Assembly: GCA_964016885.1 (NCBI GenBank)
Contig: OZ024742.1
Location: 196,850,001-196,914,000 of the forward strand
Source: Eledone cirrhosa
Lineage: Eukaryota
Reading direction: 5' to 3'
Length of the DNA stretch: 64,000 bases
The translations under genes were made by a program, and so were the position numbers. Of this stretch, positions 1 to 15,100 are shown piece by piece; positions within the stretch are counted from its first letter, which is position 1, and the number at the start of each line of letters is the position of its first letter. The notes beneath the pieces were generated by a model. It had not been told where the DNA came from. It did no database searches and worked only from the letters and a program-made list of their open reading frames with translations.

Positions 1-70
<70 letters not shown>

Positions 71-509
71 GAGAGAGAGAATCGACCACAGTACCTCAGT
101 ACTGCGCTGGTACTATAGTTATCGACCTCGAAAGGATGAAAGGCAAAACAATCAATATATACTAACTACTACATCTTAATTCTTTGTAACATTATGGAAT
201 CTACAGAGTTTTGGAATCCATTCATGGAAACAGGCCCCTTTCAGTCATGGCTGACTATGGCTTTGCACTTAGAAAGTTTCCCTCCGAGGCACAAGTTCGG
301 TCAAAATGTTTTATGGAAGATCAGTAATCGTCTATGCATGCTAGTCTCTTCCCTCTCCACGCCATTTCGCTATCGATGTTGTTCAAGGGAAAGACTAAGG
401 TTAATAAAGATTGGCACCAGTGACGACACAACACATTTTTTCCAGCTGATTGAACTGGAGCAACACGCTGTCCAGTCAGGGAATCGATTAGAAGCCAAAC
501 ACTGTAACC

Positions 510-674
510 CAGTCATGGGCAAACTGCGGTTGGCGAGCCGCATGCGGCCCATTTGGCTCTTTGAATGGCACGCCTAATTTAAAAATTGCCATGAATTTTT
601 TTACTAGTGCGGCTCGCTTTATGAAGAGTCACATCCTATGCGGCCCACTGCTATAAAAAGGTAGCCCATGCCTG
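510..674. mobile_element. hAT-like MITE nested in a SINE
   Basis: TIRs CAGTCATGGGCAAA / TAGCCCATGCCTG; imperfect 8-bp TSD ctgtaacc/ttctaacc. Confidence 0.65.
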
Positions 675-1639
675 TTCTAACCACTACGCTATGCGCCTTC
701 ACTTGTCATAACGGAATTTCAAATAACATTAATTTTGTTAAATTACTCAAAGTTTCCTCAATAGAGCTGAAGTTTTCCAGTACTGTATACTAATATATCG
801 TTGACTGATCAATTAATATTTCAGCTATTTAAATCACCTGGATTGAATACAACATAGAAGTCTATACTGTTTGGTTGGTAAATTCCTGATACTAAGTGAC
901 ATTTCATACTAATACTGATTGATAATGGTATTAATGGTTAGCTTTATGTTAGTGAAAGCGGTGAATTGTTAGAAACTTTTTCGGTATTTGTTCCGGCTCT
1001 CTGTGCTCTGAACTCAAACCCCGCCGTGGTCAACTTCGATTTTATCTATTCGAGATCGATTAAAAAAAGTACCAGTCCAGTACTAGGATCGATTATTCTT
1101 CATCATCTCTTTCTCGTCCCCTCTCTCTATTTCTTTCCTTCTCTGGAAGAAATCAGCTGTATTCAGACTTGGAGAGGGGATGGGCACCGCTAGGTTTAAA
1201 ATGCTCAAGAAATGCTGTATGTCACTACGGCACCACTACGACACAACCAGGAGTTGCAGGCCTATGTATGTATTTATACTATGTATCTATTTATACTTCA
1301 TGAATTAGGAACATCGATAGTTTCTTTATCATGGCACCATAGGAAAAAAACCAAGAATGTTGTTTATCCCAAGGCCAGCAGGGTAACTAGTGGAGGCAGT
1401 GGAACGGTTAACCTTTTACACTAGGCGGTACTTTTGCTCTACTAGATTGTTTTGCTGTGGGGTAGTGCTGGGAGCGAATTCAAGATCCTTCCCTCCCGGA
1501 CGCCACAAACCTTAGCAACGCCAGTTTAGAATGAACCGCTAAACAAGGAAATTTTGCTATAATTTCTACTTCAGTGAAAATACAGACATTCTAGTTTAAT
1601 AGTCAAACAGTTTGTAATGTGTTCCAAAATCTGCACATT

Positions 1640-1850
1640 ATTGATTGGCAGTATCAGTGGAGCGTTGGCCAACATGTTTTGTGGCATAGAGTTACATCCC
1701 TTTACATTCTGAGTTCAAATCCCGCCAAGGATAACTTTACCTTTCATCCTTACGGGGTCGATAAAATAAAGTACCAGAAACACACTGGGGTCGATTTCAT
1801 CGACTTTCCTCTCTCCCAGAATTGTTGGCCTTGTGCCTAAATCAGAAATC
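1640..1850 (+). mobile_element. tRNA-derived SINE (family 1)
   Basis: A-box TGGCAGTATCAG, B-box GAGTTCAAATCCC, body CCTTTCATCCTTACGGGGTCGATAAAATAAAGTACCAG; older + copies at about 950-1100, 3260-3420, 31425-31580, 33010-33117. Confidence 0.85.
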
Positions 1851-2219
1851 ATCATTGTATGGGGTTTCTTTGATACTGGACACCATAAACTGCCCCTGCT
1901 AGTGTTAAAGTATCATACATTTGGGGGGGGGGGGGGATATTGTCACGTTTTGTCGTTGCTAATTTTCTCTTAAATATAATTTCAGAGGCAAATAATTTTA
2001 TATTTATTTCCCACGGAAATACGAAGTCTTGTATTTCTTCTCGCGCTGTTCAATAGCGAACGGAAACTCAAATCATCGACGGAACTTTAAAGTAATTAAG
2101 TAAAAATTTGAAGAAGGCTTGTAGTTATTCATAAAAAAAATTAATACCGACAGCGCCACTATAGATGGGTTTAGCTGTTGTCTGAATGGGGTAAGTTATA
2201 TCAAGGCAAGAAACATAAT

Positions 2220-2400
2220 TGTTTCTACTTTAGGCACAAGGCCAGCAATTACCCAGTGCATTACTGGTACTTTATTTTATCGACCCCGTAAGGATGAAAG
2301 GCAAAGTCAACCTCGGCGGGATTTGAACTCAGATTGTAAAGGGACGTAACTATGCTGGAAAGCATGGCGTCCGACCCTCTACCGATACTGCCAATCCACC
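2220..2400 (-). mobile_element. Young family-1 SINE with 18-bp TSD
   Basis: TSD caaggcaagaaacataat at 2202-2219 and 2401-2418. Confidence 0.9.
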
Positions 2401-2900
2401 CAAGGCAAGAAACATAATGTTTGATGACAGATATTGAGAACATCCTTGCTGAGGATTAGTTTGTAAAAATAGTACCATTGTGATTGTTGTAGCAATTCAT
2501 ATATATCGTACATATCATAGATAAGTTACGCATGTCGAGTTTGGGAAAATTGGGGGTCCGCGTTTGGTTTGCCGAATTTAGAGCGTGAGTTAGGTTTGGT
2601 TTGGCAGGAGCCATGAGTGCAAGTTGGTGTTCGGTTTGGAGTGTTTGTGGACTACTTGAAGCAACAGCAGTATTATTTACATATATACAAACCATACATA
2701 TCCATCTATTTATAAAGACACACATATATATTACACACGCGCACACAAACACGTATGCGCGTGCACAAACGTATACATATATAGAGGCACTTATACACAC
2801 ACACGCATATACTCATACACACATATACACACATATGCACACACATACGCAAACTTACACACATATAAGAACGCATATACTCATACACGTACACACATAA

Positions 2901-2986
<86 letters not shown>

Positions 2987-3608
2987 TGGCTTTAATTATA
3001 ATTATTTCAATAAATCTGAAATTATGAATATTTGCTCAGGTGCCAATAATTGAGACCAGGTGAACAAGAAATATTTGCTGTGTTGAAACTGTGGATTGAG
3101 TGTGTCCAGATATGAAATATCAACAAAAGTACTTTAAAGCTGGGTTGCCATCAGTAGTTACCATAAACCCTCCCCTAAATCTACACCAATTACTGGTACG
3201 GAGGGTGACAGGCGTCATCCGGCTGCAGACGTCGTATTAAGTGGTTTCTATATATGCAGAAGGTGGCGAATTGGCAGATCCATTAGAACGTCGGATAGAG
3301 TACTTTACGATATTCGTTCTGGATTTCTCCGCTCTGAGTTCAAATCCCGCCCAAGTCAGCTTTGCCATTCATTTTTTTGAGGTTGATAAATAAAGTACCA
3401 GTCCAATACTGGGGTTAATTCTTCCGCTATATCTTATTCTCATTTCCTCTCTATCACTCTCACTCTTTCTCCGGAAGAAATCGGCTGTGTTCAGACATGC
3501 AGAGAGAGAGAGAGAGCGAGTGAGAGTGAGAGAAAATGAGAGAGAGAGCGGACAAGAGAGAGAGTGAGAGCAAGTGAGAGCGAGAGAGAAGGTGAGAGAG
3601 AGAGAGAG

Positions 3609-3642
<34 letters not shown>

Positions 3643-3655
3643 CAAGTGAGAGCGT

Positions 3656-3697
<42 letters not shown>

Positions 3698-4068
3698 AAA
3701 TGAGAGAGAGAGAGAGAGCGAGAGTGAGAGCGATAGCGAGTGAGAGCGTGAAAGAGAGAGAGAGTGAGAATGAGAGAGGGAGAGGGTGAGAGATAGATCG
3801 AGAATGCGAGAGAGCGAGAGAGAGGGAGAGAGAAAGAAAGAGAGAGAAAGAGAGGGAGAGAGAGCATGGACGCCACTTTGACTCCATCAGGAGTTATATG
3901 TCCATGATACATATATCCAAACGGCTATGTAATTAAGAAGTTCTCTAGGCAACCACGTGGTTGCGAGTTCACCCCCACTGTGTAGCCCCTTGGACAAGTC
4001 TCTTCTACTATAGACTTTGGTTAACCAATGCCATATGAGTAAAATTTCATAAACAGTAACTGTGCCGT

Positions 4069-5016
4069 AGCCCAAAGGGCAAAGGAGCTCTAAAGAGTCA
4101 ATGGCCATCCAAAATCACCGGGAGAGATGACCCCTTAGCCTTTGTCCAGGCAGAATTCTAGGAGAAGGAAAACTCTGATATAACACCTGCAATCCTGATG
4201 GTATCCAATGATGTTGACTTGTTCTTCTTTTTGGTAAATATCATCTTGGTTAAGAGAGTGGGACTGGCTTTGTGCAGTGCCTTTGCTCACTATAAAAGCT
4301 TCACGGCACAGGCATTGCTTTATATCTGGAGATCTCTCTTCACTTGTCATCACATGGTACCATGGGCCCAGCACTGTGTCAATAATTGTCACAAGTGTAG
4401 TATTTGTACCAGAGTTTTCAAGTCGCTGGCTGGACTAAAAAGTCACACTCGTTCAGCGCATCGGTAGGAGTTCTCCTACATGGATATAAAGTAGTGGCCG
4501 TACTCGAAAACGAGTTGGCAGCCACCATGTATGTATGTATGTATGTATGTATGTATGTATGTATGTATGTATGTATGTATGTATGTATGTATTTATGTAT
4601 GTATGTATGTCAGGTCACCAGTTGGTGCTACTGGTAACATGTATCCCAGTACAACCTGTCTCATGGTCGGGTCGTTGGCGACTAAATTGGCAACCTCACC
4701 AAGGTTCCTTGGTGAGGAGGGTGACTTTGGAATCCTGCAGGACTAAAAACAAAACCTGTCAAAGGGCAAAGGAGCTCTTAAGGGTCAATGGCCATCCAAA
4801 ATCACCGAGAGAGATGACCCCTTAGCCTTTGTTAAGGCAGAATTCTAGGAGAAGGAAAACTCTGATATAACACCTGCAACCCTGATGGTATCCAATGATG
4901 TTGACTTGTTCTTCTTTTTGGTAAATATAATCTTGGTTAAGAGAGTGGGACTGGCTTGTGGAGTGCCTTTGCTCACTATAAAAGCTTCACGGCACAGGCA
5001 TTGCTTTATATCTGGA
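4069..5016 (+). mobile_element. Two tandem non-autonomous RTE-derived elements with (ATGT)n tail
   Basis: GGAGAAGGAAAACTCTGAT 5'UTR-like motif, residual zinc finger CSICTRVFKSLAGLKSH, tail ACTCGAAAACGAGTTGGCAGCCACC(ATGT)n. Confidence 0.75.
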
Positions 5017-6389
5017 GGCCTAAAGTTGTACATGGATTGGCAGAATTATGAGAGGGTCCAACAAAATACCTTGTGGGATTTATTTACAGTCCTTTAATTC
5101 TGTGTTTAAATCATGCCAAGTTCAATTTTACTATTTATCACTTCGAGAATGATAGAATGGAATGGACCTCCGTCGGCTTCGACGACGAGTGAACCTGTTT
5201 TTCGATTAACGGAGTAACTTTCTCACGAAATTAACGCGTAAGTGGCTGACCATTCAACAGGTACGTGCATTCTGAACTACAGTTCATTTGATGGGCTTCC
5301 AAGCAGTTCCCGCCTACCCAGTTTCACTTACAATGTAGGGGTCGACTTGAGCTTATAATAAATGACACCTAAGGTGTGACGCAGTGAGATCAAATCTGAG
5401 TCCTAAAGATTACGAAGCGAACTTCTTAACCATTTGGCTACTCAATAAAAGAAAGTAACCGTGAAGTTGTAGAATCCATTTATATAAGTATAACATGTCG
5501 TAGGTGTTAAGGGAGGTGACCTGGTGCAGTATGCGACTAATCCAAGCTCTGTTGCACTTAGAGCCGAGGAGGGTAAACTCTCCAAATATCGGTCGCTCTC
5601 TGACAGGTTTGCGGTCGAGCCCGTAGCAGAAGAGACTACGGTGTAGGACCACCTCCCAACTCACCGCCATCGGCACAGAATTGGCTACCCGCTGGTGTGA
5701 GCCTCGCGAACTAGAATGGCTCTTTCAGGGTGTCTACCTCACCATCCTCCGCGGAAACGCCTTCTCTATTCTGTCCACGCGCTGGACAAGGGACGGCCAG
5801 CGCGTAGACTCCCGTTTGCTTATAATAGTGAGAGATTGGGAGAGGGAGAGAGACGGAGGCAGTGAGAGAAAGAGAGGGAACATCAACGTACACACTATCA
5901 CCACCACAACCACCACCATCACCAACACCACCCAATGTAACCACCACCACCTCCATCACCACCACCACTCCACCACCACTCCACCACCACCACCAACAAC
6001 AACACCAATATAACCACCATCATCACCAATATAACACCACCACCAATATAACCATCACCACCACCACCACCACCACCACCACCAGGACAATATAGCAGAA
6101 GACAAGAGTATGGTGACGAGGAACTAATATCCAACTGGAGACTATTACACTACTAGTGGGAATCACTTCCCGTCAGCATTAGTAGGTGTATAGTTTTAAC
6201 GGTACTTCCTGTATTTGGGAATAATTGGCTATTAATGACCTGAACTTCTGGTTCAGTTAAGAACGTTATTTCAACATTTAGTAGTTTCCATTCAAAGCAG
6301 AGGTTGACACGCTCCTTCGCACATATCACTCTATACTTTAAATAAAATATGTTGTTTGAATAATTAAACATTTTCAACTTTTTTTCCAA

Positions 6390-7294
6390 ATATTATATAT
6401 TATATATAATATATAATATATAATATATTATATATAATATATTATATATTAAATATCATATATTATATATTATATATTATATATAATATATAATATATAA
6501 TATATTAAATATTAAATATTAAATATTATATATTATATATTAAATATTATATATTATATATCATATAAAATATATAATATAAAATATATTATATATAATA
6601 TATAATATATTATATATTAAATATTATATATTATATATCATATAAAATATATAATATAAAATATATTATATATAATATATAATATATTATATATAATATA
6701 TAATATATTATATATTAAATATTATATATTATATATTATATATAATATATAATATATAATATATAATATATAATATATTAAAAATTATATATTATATATT
6801 ATATATAATATATAATATATTATATATAATATATTATATATAATATATTATATATAATATATAATATATTATATATAATATATTAAATATTATATATTAT
6901 ATATTATATATTATATATTAAATAGTATATATTATATATTATATATTAACTATTATATATTATATATTATATATTATATAAATAAATGCCATTCTCATCA
7001 AATACACACCACGTACGCACGTATACATGCACACACAGATACACAGACACACACACATACACATACACATCACATTTACACATCACACATACACACACAC
7101 ACATATATCACACACGTATATACACATATCGCACACACACACCATACACACACATCATACGCACCATACACACATCATACACGAACACCACACACCCCAC
7201 ACACGCACACGCGCACACATACATATCATACACATACACCTCACACACATACACCACATACATATACACACACATCACACACATCATACATTCA

Positions 7295-7332
<38 letters not shown>

Positions 7333-8245
7333 CACACGTATACACCACACACAAATCACACACGATACGTACACACACCACTCACCGTTCACACACACAC
7401 ACCATACATCTTACAGTCACACACACATACACCCTATATGCATATACGTACGCACACACGCACACACACACACACACCATACATGTTACGTTCACTCACA
7501 CACACACACACCATACATCTTACACTTACACACACATACACCCTATATGCACACACATACACACACACACACACATAGTACACTTACACAGACACACACC
7601 CCACACATACATACAGCAGTTCCAAATATATACTCCAAGAACTGTGTTAATGAAAATGGATGCAAGATCTTTAAGATCCCTTCCCCCAGCTCTGTCTATC
7701 TTGATTTGAAACAAATAAAGTGTTCTGTGGGTACAGTTAATTTTCTTTCTCAGTCACGCCCTCTGCTGCCCGAAGGCGATAAAAGTTAATGAATAACTGA
7801 GGCTAAATTATTGACATGTAAACAGAATGTATATACAGGAACGTGTATACTGGTGTGTGTAGCTTAGACATACACACACAGACTAACACACAGACACACA
7901 TACACAGATATATATACATACATGGATACATAGACACATAAACACGCATACACAGATACACATGCACACACACACACTCGCATAGACATAAATATATACA
8001 AGCACACCCATATGCTCATAAACATACACACACATAGACACATACACACACATACACACATACACACACATACACATATACATGCATACATACATATAAA
8101 CACAACACATATACACACACCCTAACACACATATACACATACATACACACATTCACATAAACACACTCATATACATACACACAGGTACACATACAAACGC
8201 AGTCACATATACACACAGCCAAACACACACACACACAAACGCACT

Positions 8246-8279
<34 letters not shown>

Positions 8280-8330
8280 AACGCACTCACATACACATAC
8301 ACATACACACACACATAGACATCCCTATAT
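6390..8330. repeat. Almost pure AT low-complexity tract followed by CA-rich tracts
   Basis: 6390-6982 AT-only; 7005-7612 and 7866-8320 CA-rich. Confidence 0.9.
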
Positions 8331-9100
8331 GACATGTATATTATCTACAAGCAGAAATATGCTAACTCAGCAAGTCTCGATTAACACAGCCTTTAATTAC
8401 TATACAGCTCCAATACAACTCCAACTATCACCACAGAATTTACTGGTTTCAGCCATTAGACTGCGGCCATGCTGAAGCAACGACTTGATGTAACAGGAAT
8501 GGTGGAACCGAGGGTGCCATTGGGGCCATGGACCCCCTAAATATATATTTCTCCTCAAACTACCAAAACACACATCTATTTGTATATACGCTATAATATA
8601 TGTAGATGTTACGTTTATCGCATATCGAAGTATTTTATATTTTGGTTTATATTTGATAACAGAGAAGATCCCCTTCGGTCACAATTAACCGTGGGATTTG
8701 CACCTAGAAAGTTTCCCCTCCGAGGCACAAGTCTGGGCAAGGTTGTTTGTCTCCCCTCTCCACACTACCGATGATGTCCAAGGGAAAGGCTATGGCCGAT
8801 ACAGCTTGGTACCAGTGACGCCGCAACTCATTTCTACAGCTAAGTAAACTGGAGCAACGTGAAATAAAGTGTCTTGCTCAAGGACGCAACGCATCACCTG
8901 GTCCGAGAATCGAACTCACAACCTTTCATTTGCAAGCTCAATGCTCTAACCACTAAGCCATGCGCCTTCACACAATAACAGCTATACTAATCACTACAAC
9001 TGAATTGATCAAATTTCCCCCCACCCGCACCCCCAATTCAAAAATGCACCCTTGTTTAATCGATCCACCACCTCTGTTTAATCGATCATATCAACCTCAG

Positions 9101-9165
9101 TACAGTGGAACCTCGGTTCACGGACGCTTGCTATCACGAACAAATTGGTTCACGAACAATTTATG
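9101..9165 (+). mobile_element. Tc1/mariner-pogo (Tigger-like) terminal repeat fragment
   Basis: TA-CAGTGGAACCTCGGTTCACG with repeated TCACGAAC; partner TIR not found. Confidence 0.5.
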
Positions 9166-9177
9166 AATAAAATCATA

Positions 9178-12100
9178 ATTAACTGATCCTCCAGTATTTT
9201 CTATTAACTGATCCTCCTGTATTTTCTATTAACTGACCCTCCCCTATTTTCTATTAACTGATCCTCCTGTATTTTCTATCAACTGATCCTCCTGTATTTT
9301 ATATCAACTGACCCTCCCCTATTTTCTATTAACTGACCCTCCTGTATTTTCTATTAACTGACCCTCCTGTATTTTCTATTAACTGACCCTCCCCGATTTT
9401 CTATTAACTGATCCTCCTGTATTTTATATTAACTGATCCTCCTGTATTTTCTATTAACTGATCCTCCTGTATTTTGTATTAACTGACCCTCCCCTATTTT
9501 CTATTAACTGATCCTCCTGTATTTTCTATCAACTGATCCTCCTGTATTTTCTATTAACTGATCCTCCTGTATTTTCTATCAACTGATCCTCCTGTATTTT
9601 CTATTAACTGATCCTCCTGTATTTTCTATTAACTGATCCTCCTGTATTTTCTATTAACTGACCCTCCCCGATTTTCTATTAACTGATCCTCCTGTATTTT
9701 CTATTAACTGATCCTCCCCTATTTTCTATTAACTGATCCTCCTGTATTTTCTATTAACTGACCCTCCCCTATTTTCTATTAACTGATCCTCCTGTATTTT
9801 CTATCAACTGATCCTCCTGTATTTTATATCAACTGACCCTCCCCTATTTTATATTAACTGACCCTCCTGTATTTTCTATTAACTGATCCTCCTGTATTTT
9901 CTATTAACCGATCCTCCTGTATTTTCTATTAACTGACCCTCCCCTATTTTCTATTAACTGATCCTCCTGTATTTTATATTAACTGACCCTCCCCGATTTT
10001 CTATTAACTGACCCTCCTGTATTTTCTATTAACTGACCCTCCTGTATTTTATATTAACTGACCCTCCTGTATTTTATATTAACTGACCCTCCCCTATTTT
10101 CTATTAACTGACCCTCCTGTATTTTCTATTAACTGATCCTCTTGTATTTTCTATTAACTGACCCTCCCCTATTTTCTATTAACTGATCCTCCTGTATTTT
10201 CTATTAACTGACCCTCCCCTATTTTCTATTAACTGATCCTCCTGTATTTTCTATTAACTGACCCTCCCTTATTTTCTATTAAGTGATCCTCCTGTATTTT
10301 CTAATAACTGATCCGTCTGTATTTTCTATTAACTGACCCTCCTGTATTTTCTATTAACTGATACTCCAGTATTTTCTATTAACTGATTCTCCGGTATTTT
10401 CTATTAACTGATCCTCCTGTATTTTCTATTAACTGATCCTCCTGTATTTTCTATTAACTGACCCCCCCCCTATTTTCTATTAACTGATCTTCCTGTATTT
10501 TCTATTAACTGACCCTCCCCTATTTTCTATTAACTGATCCTCCTGTATTTTCTATTAACTGATCCTCCTGTATTTTCTATTAACTGATCCTCCTGTATTT
10601 TCTATTAACTGATCCTCCTGTATTTTCTATTAACTGATCCTCCAGTATTTTCTATTAACTGATCCTCCAGTATTTTCTATTAACTGACCCTCCCCTATTT
10701 TCTATTAACTGACCCTCCCCTATTTTCTATTAACTGATCCTCCTGTATTTTCTATTAACTGACCCCCCTATTTTCTATTAACTGATCCTCCTGTATTTTC
10801 TATTAACTGACCCCCCCCTATTTTCTATTAACTGATCCTCCTGTATTTTCTATTAACTGATCCTCCTGTATTTTCTATTAACTGATCCTCCTGTATTTTC
10901 TATTAACTGATCCTCCTGTATTTTCTATTAACTGACCCTCCTGTATTTTCTATTAACTGATCCTCCCCTATTTTCTATTAACTGATCCTCCTGTATTTTC
11001 TATTAACTGACCCTCCCCTATTTTCTATTAACTGATCCTCCTGTATTTTCAATTAACTGATCCTCCTGTATTTTCTATTAACTGATCCTCCAGTATTTTC
11101 TATTAACTGATCCTCCTGTATTTTCTATTAACTGACCCTCCCCTATTTTCTATTAACTGATCCTCCTGTATTTTCAATTAACTGATCCTCCTGTATTTTC
11201 TATTAACTGATCCTCCAGTATTTTCTATTAACTGATCCTCCTGTATTTTCTATTAACTGATCCTCCAGTATTTTCTATTAACTGATCCTCCTGTATTTTC
11301 TATTAACTGATCCTCCTGTATTTTCTATTAACTGATCCTCCAGTATTTTCTATTGACTGACCGTCCCCTATTTTCTATTAACTGATCCTCCTGTATTTTC
11401 AACTAACTGATCCTCCTGTATTTTCTATTAACTGACCCTCCCCTATTTTCTATTAACTGATCCTCCTGTATTTTCTATTAACTGATCCTCCTGCATTTTC
11501 TATTAACTGATCCTCCTGTATTTTCTATTAACTGCCCCGCCCCTATTTTCTATTAACTGATCCTCCTGTATTTTCTATTAACTGATCCTCCTGCATTTTC
11601 TATTAACTGATCCTCCTGTATTTTCTATTAACTGATCCTCCTGTATTTTCTATTAACTGATCCTCCTGTATTTTATATTAACTGACCCTCCTGTATTTTC
11701 TATTAACTGATCCTCCTGTATTTTCTATTAACTGATCCTCCCCTATTTTCTATTAACTGATCCTCCTGTATTTTCTATTAACTGACCCTCCCCTATTTTC
11801 TATTAACTGATCCTCCTGTATTTTCAATTAACTGATCCTCCTGTATTTTCTATTAACTGACCCTCCCCGATTTTCTATTAACTGACCCTCCTGTATTTTC
11901 TATTAACTGACCCTCCTGTATTTTATATTAACTGACCCTCCTGTATTTTATATTAACTGACCCTCCCCTATTTTCTATTAACTGACCCTCCTGTATTTTC
12001 TATTAACTGATCCTCCTGTATTTTCTATTAACTGACCCTCCCCTATTTTCTATTAACTGATCCTCCTGTATTTTCTATTAACTGACCCTCCCCTATTTTC

Positions 12101-15100
12101 TATTAACTGATCCTCCTGTATTTTCTATTAACTGACGCTCCCTTATTTTCTATTAAGTGATCCTCCTGTATTTTCTATTAACTGATCCTCCTGTATTTTC
12201 TATTAACTGACCCTCCTGTATTTTCTATTAACTGATACTCCAGTATTATCTATTAACTGACCCTCCCCTATTTTCTATTAACTGATCCTCCTGTATTTTC
12301 TATTAACTGATCCTCCTGCATTTTCTATTAACTGATCCTCCTGTATTTTCTATTAACTGACCCGCCCCTATTTTCTATTAACTGATCCTCCTGTATTTTC
12401 TATTAACTGATCCTCCTGCATTTTCTATTAACTGATCCTCCTGTATTTTCTATTAACTGATCCTCCTGTATTTTCTATTAACTGATCCTCCTGTATTTTA
12501 TATTAACTGACCCTCCTGTATTTTCTATTAACTGATCCTCCTGTATTTTCTATTAACTGATCCTCCCCTATTTTCTATTAACTGATCCTCCTGTATTTTC
12601 TATTAACTGACCCTCCCCTATTTTCTATTAACTGATCCTCCTGTATTTTCAATTAACTGATCCTCCTGTATTTTCTATTAACTGACCCTCCCCGATTTTC
12701 TACTAACTGACCCTCCTGTATTTTCTATTAACTGACCCTCCTGTATTTTATATTAACTGACCCTCCTGTATTTTATATTAACTGACCCTCCCCTATTTTC
12801 TATTAACTGACCCTCCTGTATTTTCTATTAACTGATCCTCCTGTATTTTCTATTAACTGACCCTCCCCTATTTTCTATTAACTGATCCTCCTGTATTTTC
12901 TATTAACTGATCCTCCCCTATTTTCTATTAACTGATCCTCCTGTATTTTCTATTAACTGACGCTCCCTTATTTTCTATTAAGTGATCCTCCTGTATTTTC
13001 TATTAACTGATCCTCCTGTATTTTCTATTAACTGACCCTCCTGTATTTTCTATTAACTGATACTCCAGTATTTTCTATTAACTGATCCTCCTGTATTTTC
13101 TATTAACTGATCCTCCTGTATTTTCTATTAACTGATCCTCCTGTATTTTCTATTAACTGACCCCCCCCCCCCTATTTTCTATTAACTGATCTTCCTGTAT
13201 TTTCTATTAACTGACCCTCCCCTATTTTCTATTAACTGATCCTCCTGTATTTTCTATTAACTGATCCTCCTGTATTTTCTATTAACTGATCCTCCTGTAT
13301 TTTCTATTAACTGACCCCCCCCCCCTATTTTCTATTAACTGATCTTCCTGTATTTTCTATTAACTGACCCTCCCCTATTTTCTATTAACTGATCCTCCTG
13401 TATTTTCTATTAACTGATCCTCCTGTATTTTCTATTAACTGATCCTCCTGTATTTTCTATTAACTGATCCTCCTGTATTTTCTATTAACTGATCCTCCAG
13501 TATTTTCTATTAACTGATCCTCCTGTATTTTCTATTAACTGACCCTCCCCTATTTTCTATTAACTGATCCTCCTGTATTTTCTATTAACTGATCCTCCTG
13601 TATTTTCTATTAACTGATCCTCCAGTATTTTCTATTAACTGATCCTCTTGTATTTTCTATTAACTGATCCTCCAGTATTTTCTATTAACTGATCCTCCTG
13701 TATTTTCTATTAACTGATCATCCTGTATTTTCTATTAACTGATCCTCCAGTATTTTCTATTAACTGATCCTCCAGTATTTTCTATTAACTGACCCTCCCC
13801 TATTTTCTATTAACTGACCCTCCCCTATTTTCTATTAACTGATCCTCCTGTATTTTCTATTAACTGACCCCCCCCCCCCTATTTTCTATTAACTGATCCT
13901 CCTGTATTTTCTATTAACTGACCCCCCCCCCTATTTTCTATTAACTGATCCTCCTGTATTTTCTATTAACTGATCCTCCTGTATTTTCTATTAACTGATC
14001 CTCCTGTATTTTCTATTAACTGATCCTCCTGTATTTTCTATTAACTGACCCTCCTGTATTTTCTATTAACTGATCCTCCCCTATTTTCTATTAACTGATC
14101 CTCCTGTATTTTCTATTAACTGACCCTCCCCTATTTTCTATTAACTGATCCTCCTGTATTTTCAATTAACTGATCCTCCCGTATTTGCTATTAACTGATC
14201 CTCCTGTATTTTCTATTAACTGATCCTCCTGTATTTTCTATTAACTGATCCTCCTGCATTTTCTATTAACTGATCCTCCTGCATTTTCTATTAACTGATC
14301 CTCCTGCATTTTCTATTAACTGATCCTCCTGCATTTTCTATTAACTGATCCTCCAGTATTTTCTATTAACTGATCCTCCTGTATTTTCTATTAACTGATC
14401 CTCCTGCATTTTCTATTAACTGATCCTCCTGTATTTTCTATTAACTGATCCTCCTGTATTTTCTATTAACTGACCCTCCTGTATTTTCTATTAACTGATC
14501 CTCCTGTATTTTCTATTAACTGATCCTCCCCTATTTTCTATTAACTGATCCTCCTGTATTGTCTATTAACTGACCCTCCCCTATTTTCTATTAACTGATC
14601 CTCCTGTATTTTCAATTAACTGATCCTCCTGTATTTTCTATTAACTGACCCTCCCCGATTTTCTATTAACTGACCCTCCTGTATTTTCTATTAACTGATC
14701 CTCCTGTATTTTCTATTAACTGACCCTCCCCTATTTTCTATTAACTGATCCTCCTGTATTTTCTATTAACTGACCCTCCCCTATTTTCTATTAACTGATC
14801 CTCCTGTATTTTCTATTAACTGACCCTCCCTTATTTTCTATTAAGTGATCCTCCTGTATTTTCTATTAACTGATCCTCCTGTATTTTCTATTAACTGACC
14901 CTCCTGTATTTTCTATTAACTGACCCTCCTGTATTTTCTATTAACTGACCCTCCTCTATTTCCTATTAACCTCCCCTCCTGTATTTTCTATTAACTGACC
15001 CTCCTGTATTTTCTATTAACTGACCCTCCCCTATTTTCTATTAAGTGATCCTCCTGTATTTTCTATTAACTGATCCTCCTGTATTTTCTATTAACTGACC

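Noticed and set aside
194-577. 127-aa ORF
   Set aside because: Spans a SINE and a hAT MITE; no recognisable protein features
4611-4700. Possible HDV-like ribozyme at the 5' end of RTE-derived elements
   Set aside because: Could not build P1 and the nested double pseudoknot by eye; needs a descriptor search
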